64,000 nt of DNA from a virus. Taxonomy: Duplodnaviria; Heunggongvirae; Uroviricota; Caudoviricetes. Location: IMG/VR virus record IMGVR_UViG_3300017987_000047; one strand, 5' to 3'. A program made the translations under genes and the position numbers. The notes beneath the pieces are model-generated. The model ran no database searches and was not told the DNA's origin. It saw only the letters and a list, made by a program, of their open reading frames with translations. Shown one piece after another: positions 19,430 through 28,204 of the stretch; within the stretch, counting starts at the first letter, position 1, and every line of letters starts with the position of its first letter.

Positions 19430-19518
19430 AGGAACGGGTGGGACTCGAACCCACAAATCGCATAAACGACTACTGGTTTTCAAAACCAGGCCCCGCACCT
19501 ACTGGGGTCAACCGTTCC
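19430..19518 (-). tRNA. tRNA-Ser(TGA), atypical D-arm
   Basis: CTGGT-TT TGA AA-ACCAG; long variable arm; GGAACGG/CCGTTCC acceptor. Confidence 0.85.
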
Positions 19519-19525
19519 TAATTAC

Positions 19526-19777
19526 TTACATCTCTCTTGAAGATCCAAAGTGCTTAATCTCTTCTAAAAGAGTAAATAAATAGAAAGGCAACTTTTCTTT
19601 TTCTTCCTCGCTAAGCTTATCAATTCTCTCTTTTACTGTTTCGGCTTGCATCGCCATCCACCCTGCATGGTCGCCCCTAATGAAGTAACCAGTCCAATCA
19701 TCATTGATTTTGAGAGGGCCTGTTTCAATTCTTTGAGTTCTATCAATTGAATCTGTTTTAATTTCTTGCCGTTCCAT
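19526..19777 (-). CDS. Hypothetical protein
   Basis: DDWTGYFIRGD. Confidence 0.6.
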   Translation of the reverse strand: MERQEIKTDSIDRTQRIETGPLKINDDWTGYFIRGDHAGWMAMQAETVKERIDKLSEEEKEKLPFYLFTLLEEIKHFGSSREM

Positions 19778-19779
19778 TT

Positions 19780-20448
19780 TTACCTCAGTTCTAAAAGTGT
19801 CTTTCCAACATTCCGGATTTTCGGGCTCTTGTCTGTTAAAAGTGCTTCTACCTTTGCTTTCACAAGTTTTGAGTTCAATATAAAGTCATAAACAAATTGG
19901 GTAGTTTCATCTTTCACCGTAAGAGTATAAAACGTGCTACCTCCTTTATAAAAGCCACAAATCTTTTTACTATTTTGATTTACAAATAAATAGGCGTTTT
20001 GCTTATCTATAAAAAAATCTGTATACTCGGCTAACTCAGCAATCTTAGGAGGCTTCTCTCGTGTATTAATAGACCAATAAACTAGCTCTATATAAGTAAG
20101 AGTACCATAGTGATCATCCCCTTGAGGAAGATAATCTTCTACCATTCCTGTTTTGTATAGTTTTTGCCGATCCCCCAATAGGGCTAAGACGTAATGTTCG
20201 GAAAATTCTTTACAAAAGGTACGAAAATCTGTTTTCCCACTTAAATAATTCGTTAGTTTTTCTTTCGTTGTCTTTTCACAAGCCCAAGCTTGAAAATAAT
20301 TTTTGTGTCGGAACTCTTCTCGAAGAATCCTAAAAAACCAAACTTCCCCATCTTGAAAAGAAAAGATAGAGAGTGGGCCATCATACCAATCAAGGACGAA
20401 TCCCGTTTCTTCCCCCATTACAACATTCTTTAAGAATTTAACATCCAT
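19780..20448 (-). CDS. Hypothetical protein with C-terminal tag
   Basis: WYDGPL; ALLTDKSPKIRNVGK. Confidence 0.65.
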   Translation of the reverse strand: MDVKFLKNVVMGEETGFVLDWYDGPLSIFSFQDGEVWFFRILREEFRHKNYFQAWACEKTTKEKLTNYLSGKTDFRTFCKEFSEHYVLALLGDRQKLYKTGMVEDYLPQGDDHYGTLTYIELVYWSINTREKPPKIAELAEYTDFFIDKQNAYLFVNQNSKKICGFYKGGSTFYTLTVKDETTQFVYDFILNSKLVKAKVEALLTDKSPKIRNVGKTLLELR

Positions 20449-20824
20449 TTTTCTTTGCTAAAGCTCGAATTACTTGATTTTCATGGGTTAGTAGATTTTC
20501 AAAAGCGTCCTTGTCTTCTGTTAGGCGTAGGATCTCGGCACGAATTCTCCAAATATTTGTATTGTTCTGCCTACTTAAAAATCCGGCAGCAATCTTTAAT
20601 TCAAGATAAAAGGTATCAACCGTAATATCTAAAAGATTGTCTAGTTTCTGTTTCCAGAATTCGTATTCAAGGGATGCTTTAGTAACAACAACATCACTGG
20701 CGAAGACTAGAAACAGTTTAATAATGTCTTCCCCCGAGGGGAAGTTATCGAAAGTTTTTGTAATTAAGATATCATTTACGAAATCATGTTTTTGGTCCAA
20801 TCGTAAAGTTGTTTTATATTTCAT
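20438..20824 (-). CDS. Hypothetical protein with C-terminal tag
   Basis: NLLTHENQVIRALAKK. Confidence 0.65.
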   Translation of the reverse strand: MKYKTTLRLDQKHDFVNDILITKTFDNFPSGEDIIKLFLVFASDVVVTKASLEYEFWKQKLDNLLDITVDTFYLELKIAAGFLSRQNNTNIWRIRAEILRLTEDKDAFENLLTHENQVIRALAKKNGC

Positions 20825-20826
20825 GC

Positions 20827-21138
20827 CTAATTTTTCTTTGGGTTAATTGCAATCACTATCCCATATATATTTTTTGTCCATCCGTTTACGTGACCATGAT
20901 TATTTGAGATCCGAAAACGACCTTTTTCATCAATCGCAGTCACCAGATGTAGCATATAATTTCCGCGGACTTTACAATATACAATCGCTCCAACCTTAAC
21001 AGATTCCAAATCCTTAACGGGAGCAATTACCACAAGATCCTTTGATTCAATCCTACCGGACATGGATTGGCCGGAAGGTCTATATTGCACTTCATTGCCC
21101 TGGAGTAATTGTTCTAATATAAAATTTTTACGTGCCAT
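20827..21138 (-). CDS. S24/S26 peptidase-like protein
   Basis: SGQSMSG...GAIVYC...LHLV. Confidence 0.6.
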   Translation of the reverse strand: MARKNFILEQLLQGNEVQYRPSGQSMSGRIESKDLVVIAPVKDLESVKVGAIVYCKVRGNYMLHLVTAIDEKGRFRISNNHGHVNGWTKNIYGIVIAINPKKN

Positions 21139-21148
21139 CTCAAAAACT

Positions 21149-21433
21149 TTAATCAATCTCTGGGTTGTGTGGAGGGGGTACCGGTTCTGAATACTCTTCA
21201 ACCTCCGCATAGGTACAATTACGTAAAAGACTTTTTTGCCTAAACGGTTTGACGCTAGAGAATGTCCTCGTTTTTGGAGTCTTTAACTTAGACTTTTTAA
21301 TGTACTTTTTAGCCGCTTCTATCGTATCGAAAGTAGCAATCTCTTCCTGTGTTTCGTTGGGAACAAAATCTCCGCCAATTTCATCTTGGAAGTAATCAAT
21401 AGTAGTGCCAATAATGACGTATTTTTTCTTCAT
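21149..21433 (-). CDS. Hypothetical protein
   Basis: ORF in operon. Confidence 0.6.
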   Translation of the reverse strand: MKKKYVIIGTTIDYFQDEIGGDFVPNETQEEIATFDTIEAAKKYIKKSKLKTPKTRTFSSVKPFRQKSLLRNCTYAEVEEYSEPVPPPHNPEID

Positions 21434-21451
21434 GGTGTTTTTAATCCTATT

Positions 21452-21790
21452 CTAACACGTTAAATGTATTGCTAACCAAACCTTTTTCTTCTCAGCTCTT
21501 AAGTTTTTATACTCTTCTAACGCGTCGAAGGATTTAAGTACCTTAACCGCGTAGCCCCGGGATTCGAGATCAGAAATAGTTTCCGGGGGAACTAGCATCT
21601 TTCCTTCCACCCCGGTTCCAATAACTAAAATCGATTTTCCCAAGTCTAATGGGAGATCGTCTGGGATTAAATTATGTCCCGATTCCCTTCTCCAATTTTC
21701 TTGGACTTCTGCATCTGGAAGTATTATGAGATCTTTTTCGTATACCTCATTACCAATCCGCATCACTCCCCATCTAAAAACAATATCCAT
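21452..21790 (-). CDS. Mth938-like (DUF498) protein
   Basis: YEKDLIILP...WRRESGH...LVIGTG...IHLTC. Confidence 0.8.
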   Translation of the reverse strand: MDIVFRWGVMRIGNEVYEKDLIILPDAEVQENWRRESGHNLIPDDLPLDLGKSILVIGTGVEGKMLVPPETISDLESRGYAVKVLKSFDALEEYKNLRAEKKKVWLAIHLTC

Positions 21791-21799
21791 TTTAAGCTC

Positions 21800-22177
21800 C
21801 TAGAGATACAAAACCATTATTCTTGCGCTTCCAGGTAATAATTCAAAACCATAGCTTGCGTAAAAGTTGTATAGGTCCATCTGCCTTTTTGCTTCGTCCG
21901 CACAAGCTTCTACAATTATTGTTTGAACCTCGTGTAAGCATGCTTGATCTATAAACTTTTCTACCAACTCTGTCCCATACCCTAAGCCTTGATAATTTGA
22001 TTCAACATTTATATTTTTCAAAATCGCAACTGGCAATATCTCTACGTCGCTTAGGCTATTAAGACTACCATAGTTTCCGGCGTGAATCTTAATTAACCAG
22101 TTTTGTAAATTTTGTCTTTTGTGATGGACATAACCGCAAATTTGTCCATGTTCATTTTCAATTGTTATATCAGACAT
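21800..22177 (-). CDS. GNAT acetyltransferase
   Basis: YQGLGYGT; FYASYGF. Confidence 0.8.
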   Translation of the reverse strand: MSDITIENEHGQICGYVHHKRQNLQNWLIKIHAGNYGSLNSLSDVEILPVAILKNINVESNYQGLGYGTELVEKFIDQACLHEVQTIIVEACADEAKRQMDLYNFYASYGFELLPGSARIMVLYL

Positions 22178-22526
22178 TAGAGTTTTCTTTAAAGATTTTT
22201 TTAGCGGCCCTTCTTAAACTAGGGTCTTCATTAGTGAAATACTCTTTTAATCCTGGGAGGTCTTCCTCTATACAGAAGTAATCCCATTGCATTAGAAACT
22301 CTTCTGTACAATCACGATTTCCTCGTAAGGTCGAAAGAACTATTTTTATATACGAACCATACGCCTTCCAACTAATTTCTTGAATCCTAAGACCTTTTTC
22401 TATTTTTAATATTTTCTTACATGCCCAAAATACTAGGTCATTTGAGTCTGGGAGGCTTTGAAAGTAATTGTCATTGTCTTTCCAATGGTGTAAACAAGAT
22501 TGCAATTGTATTTTATAGATCCCCAT
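22170..22526 (-). CDS. Hypothetical protein with C-terminal tag
   Basis: EYFTNEDPSLRRAAKK. Confidence 0.65.
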   Translation of the reverse strand: MGIYKIQLQSCLHHWKDNDNYFQSLPDSNDLVFWACKKILKIEKGLRIQEISWKAYGSYIKIVLSTLRGNRDCTEEFLMQWDYFCIEEDLPGLKEYFTNEDPSLRRAAKKIFKENSNV

Positions 22527-23332
22527 TATTCTTTTGCCTTGTATCCAAGATGCTCCCAACTTTCAATAACTTCCAAAGGCAAGCCAACTTCTCTTTGGTC
22601 AAGACGATTTTGTGCGAGATCTAGTGCAAATGCTTCAATACTTTCTTGGGTTGCCTGGATTTTCCACTGAACTTCAGCCAGCTCCTTGTACCCCATGCCT
22701 TCCCAGAAAGATGGTTTCTGTGCCTCGTCTGGCCCAACAAGTTCAATTTTCCCCTCACGGATTTTCAACGCCACTAACGGCTTGGGCATTTCCTCACAAT
22801 GTTCCCGATCCATAAGAACACAGTTGATTGTGAGGAAAGGAAAAGCTTCCAATAAGATTTTCCAGTCCTCAAGGACGGCTTGCACGCTCGGCCACTTCCC
22901 AATATTTTCCCCAAAAAGTATTGTGCCGTCAGGGTGACACCATCCGCAGGGGCCTCCGATATAAGCATTAGAAATCCAGGAATTGTAAATATATTCCGTA
23001 GCAATATGTCCCCAACGTTTGCGCCAGGCAGCTATTGCATCCCAGTATGCATGGAAAGCTTTGAGGCGAGTTTCTTGAGAGTCCCCCGTTTCCCCTCGAA
23101 CTATTGCAGGTTCCTGAGGAATTTGGAGGATTCGTTCGACTGTCGCATTCCATTCCCTATTATTTCCGCCACCCCAAGAAAAGAAGTTATCCGTACGCCG
23201 AATAATTTCCAAAGCCTGTTTCGGCTCTAGTTTCTTCCCCACAATGATGCATTGGGGCCATTTAGGGAGGTTGGTGTTTAGCAAATCGTTCATGTTCTTT
23301 TCTTTCTGTGGGTCCTTTGCGTAAACTGCCAT
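22526..23332 (-). CDS. Hypothetical phage protein
   Basis: LPKWPQ, GWCHPDG, IGKWPS; start moved downstream of tRNA. Confidence 0.7.
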   Translation of the reverse strand: MAVYAKDPQKEKNMNDLLNTNLPKWPQCIIVGKKLEPKQALEIIRRTDNFFSWGGGNNREWNATVERILQIPQEPAIVRGETGDSQETRLKAFHAYWDAIAAWRKRWGHIATEYIYNSWISNAYIGGPCGWCHPDGTILFGENIGKWPSVQAVLEDWKILLEAFPFLTINCVLMDREHCEEMPKPLVALKIREGKIELVGPDEAQKPSFWEGMGYKELAEVQWKIQATQESIEAFALDLAQNRLDQREVGLPLEVIESWEHLGYKAKE

Positions 23333-23358
23333 AAACGGAACACTATGGATATATTTTA

Positions 23359-23433
23359 TGGCCCGAGGCGGATTTGAACCGCCGACCCCCATCTTATCAG
23401 GATGATGCTCTGAACCAACTGAGCTATCGGGCC
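23359..23433 (-). tRNA. tRNA-Ile(GAT)
   Basis: TCATC-CT GAT AA-GATGG. Confidence 0.93.
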
Positions 23434-23453
23434 TTTATAATTGTGACTATTTA

Positions 23454-23542
23454 AGGAGATGGTGGGATTCGAACCCACGGGGCGGCTTTCACCGCCCACC
23501 AGAATAGCAACCTAGCGCCATAGTCCACTCGGCCACATCTCC
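23454..23542 (-). tRNA. tRNA-Ser(GCT)
   Basis: CTAGG-TT GCT AT-TCTGG; long variable arm. Confidence 0.9.
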
Positions 23543-23583
23543 AAATTTTTTCTTTATCGGCTGGCCACATCTCCTTAAAATAT

Positions 23584-23946
23584 TTATGCTACTCTTATCT
23601 CTCTTGCCTTTTTTGCTACTTTCCTAACTTCTGGGTCTGAGTGGGTTAAGAACTCTTCGTAGTTGTGAAACGAGTATACGTGAATTTCAAAAACCAGGGA
23701 TGAAATATCCAAATCCCTATCGTCGGTATAAGCTAAAACTCTAAGATCTTCTTTTTCTACTCGCTTGAGTTTTACATCAAAGGAAAGGTGATAAATCCCT
23801 TTTTCCCAAGTTGAAATCCCATTTCTTACCGAAATTTCTTCCCAAGCATTCCTTTTGAGATAATCCTTAAAACTCTTAGTTGTGGGATATACCATTGAAA
23901 CATGCCCATTAATGTCCTTTAGGAAAAACTCTGGATACTTATTCAT
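23584..23946 (-). CDS. Hypothetical protein with C-terminal tag
   Basis: EFLTHSDPEVRKVAKK; paralogous to 23950-24333. Confidence 0.7.
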   Translation of the reverse strand: MNKYPEFFLKDINGHVSMVYPTTKSFKDYLKRNAWEEISVRNGISTWEKGIYHLSFDVKLKRVEKEDLRVLAYTDDRDLDISSLVFEIHVYSFHNYEEFLTHSDPEVRKVAKKAREIRVA

Positions 23947-23949
23947 CTT

Positions 23950-24333
23950 CTAATCCCGAAGTTTTTTCGCGGCCTTAGCAATTAAACGCAGTTCTGGAAT
24001 CTCGCTTGTAAGATATTGCTCATAATCATCTAATACCACTGCGAAAATATCTTTCCTTAGGTCTTCCCAGGTTTTCTCCTCTATAAACTGTAAAAGCTCT
24101 AGGGTTTCATCCTCTATATAAGTCTCTATAGCAGAGAAATCAAGATAAATTTCCTCTTCCCCTTTTTTCCAAAAAGACCTAAAATCCTTAACTTTAATTT
24201 CTTTCCACCCGATTGTTTTAAGATACCGCTTAAGCTCCAAAGGTTTTGGAAGGCGAACACTGCAAAAAACTTCATCCCCCTCGTAATAATACGTCGTGAT
24301 GAATCCTGGTGTTTCTAGATTAGTTTTTTCCAT
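23950..24333 (-). CDS. Hypothetical protein with C-terminal tag
   Basis: QYLTSEIPELRLIAK. Confidence 0.7.
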   Translation of the reverse strand: MEKTNLETPGFITTYYYEGDEVFCSVRLPKPLELKRYLKTIGWKEIKVKDFRSFWKKGEEEIYLDFSAIETYIEDETLELLQFIEEKTWEDLRKDIFAVVLDDYEQYLTSEIPELRLIAKAAKKLRD

Positions 24334-24343
24334 TTTTTCAACT

Positions 24344-24961
24344 TTATTTTAAGTCGTCAAGAAACTTCTTGATTTTCTTAGCGAAATTCCATATACCTTC
24401 TCTTAACCCCATTACGTACTCACGATCGATCGTCGGTATTTGGAAACATTGTTCATGACAAGCTTTAACTAATTTTCTAGTTTCGTCCCCGTATTTGTTT
24501 TTGAGAAATTCAGGATCTTGTATTGCAAAGTCTTGAATGTTATCCCAACGATCCACCAACTTAATTAGTTTTGCTTCTAGTGGGGCGTTTCTCATTCGCT
24601 CACACATCGCGAACTTACGCCATTTCCTTTTTCCTTTCAAACCTTTATCATTTGTCAACCAAAGTACCTGAGAGAGAATTGTATGAGCATCTTTCCCAAA
24701 AACTTCGAATTCTTCTAGCCGCATTTCGGTATCTTCGATAACATCATGCAGTAGAGCTGCTGCCACCATTTGGTAGTACCGTTTTGTTTCTTTAATCCCA
24801 TTTTCTTTACGATACCTATTTAATTCTTCCCAAACAGAAAGAGCTACTTTCTTGGGATGAGTAAAGTAAGGTTCTCCAGAAAACTTTCTTTTTTGTCCTT
24901 CATGCCAATACTCCCCTAATTGGAGAGCAGTTTCAATCATTTGATGTTCCGGTAATTCCAT
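24344..24961 (-). CDS. Stand-alone RelA/SpoT-type HD hydrolase (Mesh1/SAH-like)
   Basis: HEGQKRK.SGEPYFTHP, ALLHDVIEDT, IKLVDRWDN. Confidence 0.85.
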   Translation of the reverse strand: MELPEHQMIETALQLGEYWHEGQKRKFSGEPYFTHPKKVALSVWEELNRYRKENGIKETKRYYQMVAAALLHDVIEDTEMRLEEFEVFGKDAHTILSQVLWLTNDKGLKGKRKWRKFAMCERMRNAPLEAKLIKLVDRWDNIQDFAIQDPEFLKNKYGDETRKLVKACHEQCFQIPTIDREYVMGLREGIWNFAKKIKKFLDDLK

Positions 24962-24963
24962 TC

Positions 24964-25158
24964 TTATTTTTCCTCTTCAATAGTGTCACCACAATAGGCA
25001 CAGAAGCATGCTTCAATAGATGCTTTGTCAACCCCCATTATGATTCCATCAACATTATAAGGCGGGTAAATCAAGCCACAAGCTCGATCACGTTGATAAC
25101 TTTCTTTACAGTCATCGCTGCAAAGGTTAACTTTAATTCCGGCCACGGTCGTAATCAT
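24964..25158 (-). CDS. Small Cys-rich protein
   Basis: CSDDC, CAYC; AGGA RBS. Confidence 0.55.
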   Translation of the reverse strand: MITTVAGIKVNLCSDDCKESYQRDRACGLIYPPYNVDGIIMGVDKASIEACFCAYCGDTIEEEK

Positions 25159-25200
25159 TCCTAATCCTTTGTGTTTCTGACCTTAATCGTACCAAACTTA

Positions 25201-25276
25201 TGGGCTGGGAGGGCCTCGAACCCCCAACGCGCAGAACTTCACTCTGCCGCTCTACCAAAAATTGAGCTACCAACCC
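25201..25276 (-). tRNA. tRNA-Phe(GAA)
   Basis: GCAGA-GT GAA GT-TCTGC. Confidence 0.88.
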
Positions 25277-25298
25277 GTACACCTCAAACACTCACATC

Positions 25299-25577
25299 TC
25301 AAATACTCTCTTTCGTCGCTTTTCCAAAAATAGCTTCAAATTCAATTCGTCGCATATGAAACCAAAAAAATTGCTCATCTTCAAGCATTAAAATTGCATA
25401 GGTATTTGGTTTCGGCCTACAAATTAACTTTTCGCCTTCTAGATAACCAACTGTATGGTCTAAAAAATAATTCTTATGTGCTATTAGGTCATCCGTTCTG
25501 CATGAGAAACTCCGAAAGTCGCAAGCCCGCCACCGAGAAAAATCAAAAGAGTCAGCATAGAGTTTAGGAAGATCCAT
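25299..25577 (-). CDS. Hypothetical protein
   Basis: ORF in operon. Confidence 0.55.
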   Translation of the reverse strand: MDLPKLYADSFDFSRWRACDFRSFSCRTDDLIAHKNYFLDHTVGYLEGEKLICRPKPNTYAILMLEDEQFFWFHMRRIEFEAIFGKATKESI

Positions 25578-25578
25578 T

Positions 25579-26208
25579 TTAATCTTTTAGAAATTCCATC
25601 TCCAGGTGAGGGTAGTGTTCTTCAGCATGACAATTTGCACAAAGTAAAACACATTTGTCAGCCTCTTTTAATATTGAATCCCATTTCCGGGTTAAATTTC
25701 GTGCTGATAATGGAAAATTTTTATGTTTCATATGATGGAGAGTAAGACATCTTAAATCCTTTTCTTCACAGATAGAGCACTCTCCCCCTTTCATCCTAAT
25801 TATTTTTTCTCTTCGATTTTTCATTTTTCTCTTCATTAAGAAATTTCTTTGACAAGTTTTCGAACAATACTTTTTCATTGGAACAAAAACAGGGTTTCCA
25901 CAAAATAAACATGTCCCCTCTTTTGGAAAGCGAGAATGTATTTCAAAAGATATATGTTTTTTTGAGTGGCAATTTACACATAATAAAACACATTTTTTAG
26001 CTTCCTTTATAATAATCTCCCATTTTCTAGATGCTATAACATCTACTGAGAGCTTTAATCTTTTTTGAGCTGGGTCTTTATGGTGAAAAACTAGAGCAGC
26101 TAGGTTTTTTTGGTATCCACATGCGGAACATTTATGGCCTTTAAGTTTGACCAGCTTTAATTTCCTATCTATTTTTTTCTGCTTCCTTTGTTCCTCGTAC
26201 TTCGTCAT
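25579..26208 (-). CDS. Tandem double-HNH endonuclease
   Basis: Two CxxC...HH...KCVLLCxNCH units joined by CLFC/YCSKTC. Confidence 0.85.
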   Translation of the reverse strand: MTKYEEQRKQKKIDRKLKLVKLKGHKCSACGYQKNLAALVFHHKDPAQKRLKLSVDVIASRKWEIIIKEAKKCVLLCVNCHSKKHISFEIHSRFPKEGTCLFCGNPVFVPMKKYCSKTCQRNFLMKRKMKNRREKIIRMKGGECSICEEKDLRCLTLHHMKHKNFPLSARNLTRKWDSILKEADKCVLLCANCHAEEHYPHLEMEFLKD

Positions 26209-26257
26209 CTATTTCTTTTTCGCCAAAGCTGCTATAAAAACTGAGCTCTCTACTACA

Positions 26258-26504
26258 CTCGCCCGGTGGGATTCGAACCCACGACCCTCGGATTCGTCAC
26301 ACTATAGCTTTCGCTACCACTTACGTGTTTGTGCGCTGGACTTTCTCTTCGCCTTATCCTTTTTGGACTTAGGCGGCCCCCGTCAAGTCTCTACACCTTC
26401 CTCATTTCTAAGGCTTGGCTCGGGATTGCCATCAGCATTACCTGTTAAGGGTTCCCCGAATTTGAGGGCATTGCACGGTACTCTGGCCACTGAGCTACGG
26501 GCGA
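26258..26504 (-). pseudogene. tRNA pseudogene containing a 5'-truncated group I intron
   Basis: TCGCCCG/CGGGCGA acceptor with D and T arms; intron core AAATTCGGGGAACC, GGCAATCCCGAGCCAAGCC, GGAAGGTGTAGAGACTTGACG, AAAGTCC; 5' anticodon strand and P1 absent. Confidence 0.85.
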
Positions 26505-26552
26505 TTACTTTTATACGCTAAATTCTCCTTTCATTCTTAAAACTTGTTTTAA

Positions 26553-26632
26553 TGGGCCGGGCAGGATTTGAACCTGCGTAGGCTAACGCCAACGGGGTTA
26601 GCCGAACGCTCTGCCAATTGAGCTACGGATGA
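26553..26632 (-). pseudogene. Chimeric anticodon-less tRNA (Asn-like 5' half, Tyr-like 3' half)
   Basis: TCATCCG...TTCGG-CT|AA-CCCCG...CCGGCCCA; acceptor and anticodon stems do not match. Confidence 0.75.
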
Positions 26633-26655
26633 TTATTTCTCTTTTCTCGAACTCA

Positions 26656-26747
26656 TGGGAGACGGAGGAATCGAACCCCTACACCTATTCCACTGTTCTA
26701 CTTGGGTTAGGTACCAGATCTACAGTCTGGCGAACAGATCGTCTCCC
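26656..26747 (-). tRNA. Atypical tRNA-Tyr(GTA)-like RNA lacking a D-arm
   Basis: GGGAGAC/GTCTCCC-A acceptor; CCAGA-CT GTA GA-TCTGG; TTCGATT T-loop; 10-nt D region. Confidence 0.75.
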
Positions 26748-26765
26748 AAAACCTTTCTAAACGAA

Positions 26766-26836
26766 CTCACCCGCTGAGAATTGAACTCAGATCAACGGTT
26801 TAACAGACCGCCACATTACCATTATGCTACGGGTGA
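26766..26836 (-). tRNA. tRNA-Asn(GTT)
   Basis: GCGGT-CT GTT AA-ACCGT; G73. Confidence 0.9.
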
Positions 26837-26844
26837 CTAATAAC

Positions 26845-27714
26845 TTACTTCTTCCAAACCACTTCCTGAATATCCCTGTTAAAATCGATTCCTTGAAAAT
26901 CGGTAACAATGTTTGCTTGTTCTAATAAGTCTCTCACTTCATCTCGTACTTTCCTAATCTCTTTTGCTACCCGGGGAGATATTTTCTTTATCCTCATAAT
27001 CTGTTCGTCCGTGATTTTCTCAAAAGTCCCGGTTTCTCCTCTCCGCCAGAACTCATCGACCTGTGTCGATTTAATAATCTCTAAAATCTCGCTTATTTCA
27101 TCGAATTGGTCATAAACCATAATATCTTGGGAGGACCACTTTCGAACTTTAATTGTTATGGTAACCCTTTCTCCCTTAATCCTATCCGTTATTACCTTCG
27201 TTTTTGTTAAATGCTTTGCTTCTTTATATAATTTTTTCCGGTATTCCGTAAAAAACTGGACAGGGTTAAACTTTTTATTTCCGTTCAACCATCTTTTCAG
27301 ATAACTTTGAAACTTCTCATGCTCGTAGAGGGTTTCAAATTCGTCCAGCTTCTTAAATTTTTCTTGAACTCTTCCTTTAATAAAGGCTCTAATTTTTTTA
27401 TTTTCGTTTGTGAGAAGCATATTTAACGATGCTTCTTTTAATTCCAGCTCTCCCTTTTTGATTGCTGTTTCGTAATACTGCTTTATATGATGCTCAAACG
27501 TGTAATCAATTGGTCCAGAAAAACGGTGATATACATAACGGTGATAACTATCATTATTTCTGGCACCAGAAGAGGAGATTAAAACAAGAACCCCTGGGGT
27601 GGCATAACAAAAATCAGGGCGACATCCTGCTTCTTTATACCCAAACCGTACCGAGAATGGGTGCTCTTCTTTTTTGCGCCACAACAGTTGAAATAGTTTA
27701 TACTTCTGTACCAT
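26845..27714 (-). CDS. Hypothetical protein with internal tag
   Basis: AGGAG RBS; MLLTNENKKIRAFIK. Confidence 0.65.
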   Translation of the reverse strand: MVQKYKLFQLLWRKKEEHPFSVRFGYKEAGCRPDFCYATPGVLVLISSSGARNNDSYHRYVYHRFSGPIDYTFEHHIKQYYETAIKKGELELKEASLNMLLTNENKKIRAFIKGRVQEKFKKLDEFETLYEHEKFQSYLKRWLNGNKKFNPVQFFTEYRKKLYKEAKHLTKTKVITDRIKGERVTITIKVRKWSSQDIMVYDQFDEISEILEIIKSTQVDEFWRRGETGTFEKITDEQIMRIKKISPRVAKEIRKVRDEVRDLLEQANIVTDFQGIDFNRDIQEVVWKK

Positions 27715-27728
27715 TGTTCCATCTCCTA

Positions 27729-27802
27729 AGTCCCTGGTGGGATTTGAACCCACGGTTTTCTGATCTGCAATCAGACGCCTTTGGCCTCTTGGCTACAGGG
27801 AC
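27729..27802 (-). tRNA. tRNA-Cys(GCA)
   Basis: TCTGA-TT GCA GA-TCAGA; U73. Confidence 0.93.
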
Positions 27803-27804
27803 AG

Positions 27805-28191
27805 TCATAAAAGTTTTAGATGGCCGGTAATAAGATCTACTTTATTACCTCCCGCTGGCCCAACTGCAACAGCTGTTTTAGTAGCTTTCCCTCCAAATTC
27901 GGTTTTGCCTGCATCTTCGATAAGCGAAACTGGAAGTCCTTCATCTTTTGCTTTCTGGTATATTTCAAGGAGTTCTTCTTCGCTCTCTACTCCAACAGCT
28001 ATTTTAGTAAAGGAGTTGGAAACCCAAGAAAGCATTTCTTCATTAAGGTATCCAATTGTAATAGTATCTTTCTCTACCTCTTTAATGCGGTTGAAGAAAA
28101 TGGCTAAGGATGCGTGGGCTCCCTGAGCCACCATTTTTCCTTTGCGCATTTTTAAATCTTTTCGTAATACTATTACTTGTTTACTTTCCAT
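27805..28191 (-). CDS. pth2: Peptidyl-tRNA hydrolase type 2
   Basis: KQVIVLRKDLKMRKGKMVAQGAHA, DAGKTEF, AVGP. Confidence 0.93.
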   Translation of the reverse strand: MESKQVIVLRKDLKMRKGKMVAQGAHASLAIFFNRIKEVEKDTITIGYLNEEMLSWVSNSFTKIAVGVESEEELLEIYQKAKDEGLPVSLIEDAGKTEFGGKATKTAVAVGPAGGNKVDLITGHLKLL

Positions 28192-28204
28192 TTTTTCTTC
28201 TCAG

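Noticed and set aside
23563-23574. att site from a 12-bp duplicate of the tRNA-Ser(GCT) 5' end
   Set aside because: Only ~20 bp from the tRNA and no integrase; looks like a local duplication scar.
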